IMG/VR virus record: IMGVR_UViG_3300023179_004209 | Location: 103,832 to 167,831 of that record | Reading direction: 5' to 3' (one strand) | Source of the DNA: a virus | Taxonomy: Duplodnaviria; Heunggongvirae; Uroviricota; Caudoviricetes | DNA length: 64,000 bases | Part shown: in pieces, positions 58,701 to 64,000 of the stretch | How positions within the stretch are numbered: the stretch's first letter is position 1 | Layout of the letters: the number at the start of each line of letters is the position of its first letter | Notes under the pieces: generated by a model | What the model was told of the DNA's origin: nothing | Database searches by the model: none | The model's input: the letters and a program-made list of their open reading frames with translations, nothing else | Translations under genes and position numbers: made by a program

Positions 58701-58955
58701 TGGTCTTCTATCGGCAAGATTTTGTAGAAACTCTGTTGTAATCTTTACACATTCTGGTGAAAGATCACTCTTGGAATGTAAAACATCTCCTAAAACAGCA
58801 ACTACAGTTTCCGATGGTGTTCTTTCTACTGCTTTATATAGTCTTTCAAATACTTGATTGTATTCATCGTGTCTTTTTGTAAGACGCAAATGAATATCAG
58901 CAATATGAAACACATTCTTGAACTCTTTTATATCTGATTTAAGATATTTTACCAT
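55770..58955 (-). CDS. Fused Mre11/SbcD nuclease - Rad50/SbcC ATPase (T4 gp47-gp46-like)
   Basis: Phosphoesterase motifs DIH, GD, GNHD, GDIH; Walker A 'NASGKSS', zinc hook CTFC, signature 'ASGMERF', 'IDEGFG', 'ISH'. Confidence 0.93.
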   Translation of the reverse strand: MVKYLKSDIKEFKNVFHIADIHLRLTKRHDEYNQVFERLYKAVERTPSETVVAVLGDVLHSKSDLSPECVKITTEFLQNLADRRPTVLIAGNHDATLANKNRLDSLSPIVDAINHTNLFYLKDSGLYILGDILFNHYSVFDEPDKYIKFKDIPKIYLNETRYKIALFHGPVNNAITDVGYKVASRTITNEIFDGHDIVLLGDIHRHQVLSQSDPIIVYVGSLIQQNHGEELKGHGFVFWDLKTKVFKHFEIPNDYGFYTAEISRGKLLTDISDMPKKARLRLKCFESVATEVKSVLSTIREKSDVTEVAYVRVDSPNSSSSNIIDNTNFNLNDVSDIDYQNKLITEYLNNKNFNPTKDTLDKIYKINKDLNASLEKESVVRNIRWKPKKFEFDNMFSYGEDNVIDFTKMHNVVGLFANNASGKSSILSALSFCIFDKCDRAFKASHILNTQKMSFRCKFNFEVNGVDFYIERKGNADKKGNVKVDVKFWKEEGGKVIELNGEARRSTNDIIRDYVGTYDDFILTVLSIQNNKVGSFVDMGQTERKDLLAQFMGLTVFDSLYNDASDKTKEINSLLKNFKNTDYTQKLLNLNSDIENFSGSLRNENVNLEKLTDKRESENERLLEETKKIINVNGNIVDIVSLESNKVSLSNSISIQSSSLDSYKNQLSSIESTFKEYDEIIKNYDAVDITTKYESLKELENSLSQKEQFIEKKKIVVTSKLQKLKKLEEHKYDPNCTFCTTNVFVKDAIKTREELESDKVEAQNLVGEYTNIKKKVNELSYIKDDWKKYNDTHKLHVETQSKINKLNNEILKISNKISSDQNNLINIENQIEEYYNNKDAIEFNKTIKETIDVIKSNIKTIDFEIKNVNNNIISYNTKISGLEEQRKTIQKSIEDVKVLEVEYEAYQLYTNAISRDGIPYELISQALPTIEKEVNNILNQIVEFTVILQTDGKNVTTHINYEDKRWPLELASGMERFVSSLAMRVALINISNLPRPNFIAIDEGFGCADADNLSSMGALFAFLKTNFDFVWIISHLDSMRDMVDNRLEIKKENGFSKVNYV

Positions 58956-58956
58956 A

Positions 58957-59910
58957 TTATATTCTTAGTTTTAACTTAAACAACTTTTCGAAATCCATAG
59001 TATCACAACTATCTATCATTTGCCAAGTTTTTTCAAAACCTATTGTACTTGGATCTTTACCGTCTAATATTACTAATTTAGTTGGAATACTATTTTTGAT
59101 TAGAAATTCGCATATTTTGATAGAATCTTTTATCGCATCATTGTCTAATAAAATATGTACCATCGGAACATCGTTTTCTAATAATTTTAATTTTAACTGT
59201 TTACTCATCGTCTTTCCAAACAACGGTATACAGTTATTTTTAACTGAAATCGCATCAAATGGACCTTCAACCAAAGTGATTGGTTGTTCAAAGTTAATAA
59301 ACAATTCAAACCCAATTATATTCTTTGATGCGGAACAACTGACATATTTCAATCCTTTAGTTTCAAAAAAACTTCTAGCAGTATAAAAATTTAATGTACC
59401 ATTGCAGTCATATGATGGTATAACCACTCTGTTTTTCAGATCACCTTCTGTACAATATCCAATATTATATCTTACAATATCATTTTTAGTAATATTTCTA
59501 GATTTAAGATATTTTACCGCATGTTTATATTCCAATTCGTTTACTGGTTCACTTATAGGTTTAAATTCTTTTGGTAATCTTACTAGTTTTTGTTCTTCGG
59601 GTTCATCGTCAAATGAAATAACAAAATCGGTAATCGGCTTTTTAGAAAATGATTTCTGACTTAATCCAATGCATGTGTAATATTCACTTGGCGCATTTAG
59701 TTTCTTAAATAAAGTCTTAAAACTTGTTCCACTAAACCCACATACCCAACAATTATATTTTCCTGTATGTAAATTGATTTCCAGTTTTCTTTTATAATGT
59801 TTACAAGAGGGACAATGATAAACTGCATCAGTTCCCTTACGAATCTTGGGAGTTTGATTCAACAGTTTATTTAAAACAGATATTATTGTTTCTTGATATA
59901 ACAACATCAA
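58957..59910 (-). CDS. DNA primase (DnaG / gp61-like)
   Basis: Zn finger CPSC..CWVC, 'YLKSRNI', 'RVVIP', TOPRIM 'LVEGPFDAI' and 'LDND'. Confidence 0.9.
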   Translation of the reverse strand: MMLLYQETIISVLNKLLNQTPKIRKGTDAVYHCPSCKHYKRKLEINLHTGKYNCWVCGFSGTSFKTLFKKLNAPSEYYTCIGLSQKSFSKKPITDFVISFDDEPEEQKLVRLPKEFKPISEPVNELEYKHAVKYLKSRNITKNDIVRYNIGYCTEGDLKNRVVIPSYDCNGTLNFYTARSFFETKGLKYVSCSASKNIIGFELFINFEQPITLVEGPFDAISVKNNCIPLFGKTMSKQLKLKLLENDVPMVHILLDNDAIKDSIKICEFLIKNSIPTKLVILDGKDPSTIGFEKTWQMIDSCDTMDFEKLFKLKLRI

Positions 59911-59931
59911 TGATACTTTACAGTAAAACTT

Positions 59932-60597
59932 TTATTCTATCAACTTTTTATTTGGATCATTTTTAACCCAGAGTTTTTTATCTAATGCAACCGCAATCTT
60001 CATCAATTTGATCGGATCAATTGGTGTCTCTTTAACAACATCTTCGGATTTTTTATCCTTACTAGAAGATTTATCGTTACTTTCTTCGGATTTCTCACTT
60101 TTATTATCTTCAAAAACATCTTCAGTTTCTGGTATAGGAGGTGTCTGGGGAATATCTGGCTGCACAACATTTTCTTGGGTATATGTTTGTGGTTTTGGTA
60201 TATAACCAATCGCATGTCTAGAAATTATTCCTTGTATTAAGTATCTTTTGTAGTCATTGTACATGTCTCTATAATATTCAAATGCACTTGTAATATTGTC
60301 ATATTCTATTTGAGTAAGATGAATGCAGACACACTTGTTTTTTTCTTTCCATTTGAACCCAGGAACATCCAATATCATACATGATACATTAATTAATAAT
60401 TCTCTTTCATTTGAATCATTTATTATAATGTAATAATTTTTTCTTTCTTCTGATATAGATATTTCACTCTCAGATATATTATATTTTTCACATATCCGTT
60501 CTAGTTTTTCTTTAGCCGCATTTTTTTCGCCACCTTTACCCTTTTCGGCTAATGCTTTTATCTTTTTTGCTAACTCTATTATTTTGTTGCGGTTCAT
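59932..60597 (-). CDS. Hypothetical protein (DUF2786-like N-terminus); start at 60597 or 60612
   Basis: 'KIKALAEKG..GEKNAAKEKLERICEKYNI' helical motif; start ambiguous. Confidence 0.55.
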   Translation of the reverse strand: MNRNKIIELAKKIKALAEKGKGGEKNAAKEKLERICEKYNISESEISISEERKNYYIIINDSNERELLINVSCMILDVPGFKWKEKNKCVCIHLTQIEYDNITSAFEYYRDMYNDYKRYLIQGIISRHAIGYIPKPQTYTQENVVQPDIPQTPPIPETEDVFEDNKSEKSEESNDKSSSKDKKSEDVVKETPIDPIKLMKIAVALDKKLWVKNDPNKKLIE

Positions 60598-61102
60598 CTT
60601 TGTATAATGCACATACTATACCATCATACATATCACCATTTCTTTCATCCCAGTTACCCTTTTTGTTAAGAACGGTAAATTTAATTACATCTGGACAAAG
60701 AGACTCTAATTCGGATTTAACAAAGTCTTTGGATTTAATGCCTTTAATCCTACATTTACCAAATAATTGTTTACGCATGGTGTTTACTGATAACAAATTA
60801 ACCTTGACTTTAAAGTGTTCTTCAATAATATAAGCAAAGACTGCATTATGACGGGCTAATGTAATAATAACTTGTTGTGAAGTAAACCCTCCAGCAAATC
60901 CACTCAAAGCAGCTTCTAAATTAATAACAGTAATATCTTTGATTAATGGATTTTTTTCTAATTCTGATATAACAAAAAAAGTTTTTTCTTTTGTTGTCTC
61001 AAACTTTTTGGTATCAATATAACCAGCATCTAAGACTTTTCCGTCTTTACTAAATGCCCAACCTGTAACTGATGTGGATGAATCTAAACCTAATATAACC
61101 AT
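60536..61102 (-). CDS. RuvC-like Holliday junction resolvase
   Basis: 'ILGLDSSTSVTGWA', catalytic E in 'INLEA', 'DMYDGIVCA'. Confidence 0.82.
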   Translation of the reverse strand: MVILGLDSSTSVTGWAFSKDGKVLDAGYIDTKKFETTKEKTFFVISELEKNPLIKDITVINLEAALSGFAGGFTSQQVIITLARHNAVFAYIIEEHFKVKVNLLSVNTMRKQLFGKCRIKGIKSKDFVKSELESLCPDVIKFTVLNKKGNWDERNGDMYDGIVCALYKDEPQQNNRVSKKDKSISRKG

Positions 61103-61123
61103 ATACTAATATATAGTATATGT

Positions 61124-61420
61124 TTAACCTTTATATTTTTTATTATTAAATCCTTTTACCAATGAAGATAATTCTTTAGAAGTGGAATTTTTTCTATCAG
61201 GTACATCTGCCAAATCAGACAATCCAAGTGGTTGTTTTACTCTGAATCCACCTTTATCAATAGTAAATTGTTGGCCTTTTGCAGAAGGATTTGGACCAGT
61301 TGTTATAGAATCTGGTTTGGTATTAATGTCTTTAGCATTAAATGCACCTCCTGAACTTTGAGATTGATATCTTTGTTCTAGACTCTTATTTAAAGATTCT
61401 CTATTTACTGGTGTTGGCAT
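61124..61420 (-). CDS. Hypothetical protein (98 aa)
   Basis: ORF with upstream TATTTATA motif. Confidence 0.65.
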   Translation of the reverse strand: MPTPVNRESLNKSLEQRYQSQSSGGAFNAKDINTKPDSITTGPNPSAKGQQFTIDKGGFRVKQPLGLSDLADVPDRKNSTSKELSSLVKGFNNKKYKG

Positions 61421-61437
61421 ATATTATACTTTCTTTT

Positions 61438-61445
61438 TATAAATA
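61438..61445 (-). promoter_or_regulatory. TATTTATA late-gene motif
   Basis: Exact match upstream of 61420. Confidence 0.68.
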
Positions 61446-61448
61446 TAT

Positions 61449-63764
61449 TTAAATATCCCATTTTACTAAAATATTTAATGGTAATTCGCCAGTATTTTTA
61501 ATTGGCATACCCAATTTAGCAATCGCAACTAAATCTGCACCACTATAAAGTCCTACAGTTGTTATATATGGAGCTAAATAAGAACCAGTTGGGTCAATTG
61601 ATGAACTATAATTGAATCCAAAAAATTCTTCTTTTATCGACTTACCTCCAAATTTCCCAGTTTGTTGATCAATATAACTTACAATTTGTTGTACTGTTTT
61701 TCTGGTAGACTTTGGTTCTACATATTTAAATAATTCGGTTTGATTCAAACTATTAGTAAAATACTTCCAAAGTATATACATGTCGTTCAAATTAACTTTA
61801 TTATTACCGTCAACATCAAAATTATAATAATTTGATGTTAATTGCGAACTATAATTGGTTGTATAACTTGATGATATATTATAATCTACTGAATATAAAT
61901 CAAATAACGATTGTTCTTGATTTGTAAATGTCATATATTCCCACCAATTATACGAATTATTTATTTGATAATTGATGTATTTTAAAATTAAATCTAAATC
62001 GGTAAAATCAAACACTTTATTACCGTCAATATCAAAATCAAATGTATTTGGAATCAGTGATGTAGGATTTGTACTATAATTGAATTCTCCTGGTTCAATT
62101 CTACAAAACACTTGTTTTTCATATATTTTAATATTACTATTATATTCAATGTTATATTTAGATTCTAATGGATTTGAACGATTTTTTAGTAAATTATCAA
62201 ATATTGAACCACTATTTGACAAAATAATTTTACCGTCTCTATAAAATACATTTCCGATATGATGATCGGTTACAAGATCATTAAAATTATATATGTACGA
62301 ATAACCATTGATGGTATCATATATTGAAGATGTCATTTCACTTGGATTTACCAAGAATAAAGGAGATCCAATTGAAATTATATTATTCGTAATTGCAGAA
62401 CTATATCCAAATGTAGTGTATGGATAACCATATTGTTTTTTCTTAGTTACGACAGAATTAATTTCCCATAAAGATGTAGATAATGATGATGTATAATAAA
62501 CAAATTGACCTAATGTATCAATTACACTATCGTTTGGATTGCAATTAAATCTTTTATTTATTGTATTTTTAATATAACTGGAACTAAATTGACTAATATC
62601 TTTTGTACTTGTAGCAATCGCATTACCATCATAAATGTCAACCGAGTATCCTAAATTATTTGATTCAAGAATATTTTCATTTCCAAACGATTTTTCTAAT
62701 AAAAACCAATCAGTTGCATCTGAACATTTTTTCCAAAAATAAACTGCTCCTCTATTTCTTAAAACTGTAGAACCGCTCCATTCATAATAGTACATATCAT
62801 TAGGAGAACCTATTATGATTGTGTCGCCATAGATTGATACTGAATTGCCATAATTACTACCACTTGGTTGATTACCTGGAAAATATGGCTGTGTATCTAT
62901 AAAATTTAATGAACCGGTAATTGTTCTATCTTGATCTAAGATGTCGTTTTGTTCCCATTGATTTGTAGTTGTATTTAATTCATATACATAAACTGCACTG
63001 CCAGTGGATCTATTACCAACTACTATTCTATTTGATCCACTTGGATCAATTTTAACTACACTTCCATAATAATAATCCGATGGTAATCCGCCAGGAGATA
63101 ATGTTTGATAATGACTCCATACACCAAGAGATTGAGTATATATATAAGCACAGTTATTTTTACTTGACCCAACTACTAATTTATTTTGATAAATAGAAAC
63201 AGATTCACCAAATGTAGAATATTCTAAATTGTCAAATGAATTTGTAATACTATATTTTGGATAATAAACCGTACCTGAAACATAACTACTTGAATAATCA
63301 GATAAATCGTATATATCAATACAAGAACCAGTATAAACAATAGATCCTTGAATTAATGAAAATCTATAATATGGATTTCCAATTACTACTATAGATCCAG
63401 AAACATCTACAGATACACCATATGAATCATCATAAATAATAGGGTTCCATGTACCTAAATCAATTTCGATATTCAATCCTAAAACAGGAACAGATGATGT
63501 ATCTGCATTTATATATGTAGTATCTACACTACTAGTATCAGCGGATAAATAACCAGGAAAATCATCGGGATTTATGTATTTATAAAATATAAAATTAGGA
63601 TTGTATAAATCTGTAGTTTTAGAATATTTGAATAATTCGACTGATCCTTTATTGTTTAATACAAACGATCCAGATAAAAAAGATGTTGGATTTCCAACTG
63701 CTACATAATCACCGTCAGCAGCAATTGAATATCCTGTTTTTAATTTATAAATTAGATCGGTCAT
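61449..63764 (-). CDS. Virion structural protein: FG-GAP-like beta-propeller, paired dockerin/EF-hand-like loops, baseplate-type C-terminus
   Basis: About 7 repeats (Y/F)G.SV.I.G..(I/V)V(I/V)G.P; DIDGN..D..D and DVDGN..N..D; 'YITTVGLY..DLVAIAKL..PIK'. Confidence 0.7.
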   Translation of the reverse strand: MTDLIYKLKTGYSIAADGDYVAVGNPTSFLSGSFVLNNKGSVELFKYSKTTDLYNPNFIFYKYINPDDFPGYLSADTSSVDTTYINADTSSVPVLGLNIEIDLGTWNPIIYDDSYGVSVDVSGSIVVIGNPYYRFSLIQGSIVYTGSCIDIYDLSDYSSSYVSGTVYYPKYSITNSFDNLEYSTFGESVSIYQNKLVVGSSKNNCAYIYTQSLGVWSHYQTLSPGGLPSDYYYGSVVKIDPSGSNRIVVGNRSTGSAVYVYELNTTTNQWEQNDILDQDRTITGSLNFIDTQPYFPGNQPSGSNYGNSVSIYGDTIIIGSPNDMYYYEWSGSTVLRNRGAVYFWKKCSDATDWFLLEKSFGNENILESNNLGYSVDIYDGNAIATSTKDISQFSSSYIKNTINKRFNCNPNDSVIDTLGQFVYYTSSLSTSLWEINSVVTKKKQYGYPYTTFGYSSAITNNIISIGSPLFLVNPSEMTSSIYDTINGYSYIYNFNDLVTDHHIGNVFYRDGKIILSNSGSIFDNLLKNRSNPLESKYNIEYNSNIKIYEKQVFCRIEPGEFNYSTNPTSLIPNTFDFDIDGNKVFDFTDLDLILKYINYQINNSYNWWEYMTFTNQEQSLFDLYSVDYNISSSYTTNYSSQLTSNYYNFDVDGNNKVNLNDMYILWKYFTNSLNQTELFKYVEPKSTRKTVQQIVSYIDQQTGKFGGKSIKEEFFGFNYSSSIDPTGSYLAPYITTVGLYSGADLVAIAKLGMPIKNTGELPLNILVKWDI

Positions 63765-64000
63765 ATATCAGTGAATTCTATTTCTTGATAAGTAGAAAAA
63801 TAACTTCCACTAAGTATTAAATTTTCATTTCCGTCATCTACAATTATATAATTAGAATCATCTTGATCATCAATTATTCTTACACTATAAGGTGAAATTT
63901 TTTCACCAAACTTAATTCTCGGAATAGTAAATACATCCATTACATCCGTTAAAAGTCTATATGTAGTATTTAAATTAAAATTTTCTACACCCCATAGTTG
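63761..64000 (-). CDS. C-terminal 79 aa of a structural-region protein (enters from the right edge)
   Basis: Hand translation: QLWGVENFNL...FGEKISPYSVRIIDD...IVDDGNENLILSGSY...FTDI*; ATGA overlap with the next gene. Confidence 0.75.
   Translation of the reverse strand, partial: QLWGVENFNLNTTYRLLTDVMDVFTIPRIKFGEKISPYSVRIIDDQDDSNYIIVDDGNENLILSGSYFSTYQEIEFTDI

Noticed and set aside
5871-60833. Numerous short antisense or nested ORFs in the track (e.g. 5871-6107, 28590-28958, 35252-35582, 38658-39011)
   Set aside because: Shadows of long genes with biased codon use; no start context or recognisable motifs
1107-61445. Reading plus-strand TATAAATA hits as canonical T4 late promoters
   Set aside because: They would point away from the adjacent minus-strand genes, and the motif flips to plus-strand TATTTATA at the plus-strand gene at 35999
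1-64000. Stop-codon reassignment as seen in some jumbo phages
   Set aside because: Core genes are full length and densely packed under the standard code, and TGA serves as a stop in several ATGA overlaps
1-64000. Assigning a host or named phage genus
   Set aside because: AT-richness and VGIGT fibres are suggestive but not diagnostic; this needs terL/gp23 phylogeny or CRISPR spacer matches

Overview
Very AT-rich 64 kb segment of a large T4-like (myovirus, probably jumbo) phage genome in the standard genetic code, almost entirely on the minus strand. It holds the virion morphogenesis region: a ~29 kb block of tail/collar fibre, lectin-like and repeat proteins with two glycosyltransferases; gp15/gp14/gp13-like neck and terminator genes; gp23 major capsid, gp22-like scaffold, gp21 protease, gp20 portal, large terminase and gp18 sheath; then a fused Mre11-Rad50 (gp47-gp46), primase, RuvC-like resolvase and a propeller/dockerin-like structural protein. 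No tRNA, rRNA, CRISPR, integrase, reverse transcriptase or intron/intein was recognised. The most interesting signals are: (1) a 990-aa protein made of a ligase-fold domain plus two Pol-beta nucleotidyltransferase domains, each preceded by a prohead-protease-type xxE site and led by a 'MIKL..E' peptide shared with other head-region genes, including a flavoprotein, which suggests a capsid-packaged, injected enzyme payload; (2) a [S/T]-[G/A/S]-S tripeptide concentrated in the variable insertions of structural proteins, a candidate virion glycosylation sequon; (3) a TATTTATA motif, the reverse complement of the T4 late promoter, sitting 4-7 nt before many start codons; (4) a 1070-aa ruler-like protein whose repeat period steps 19, 18, 17. 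All assignments come from motif reading, not database searches.
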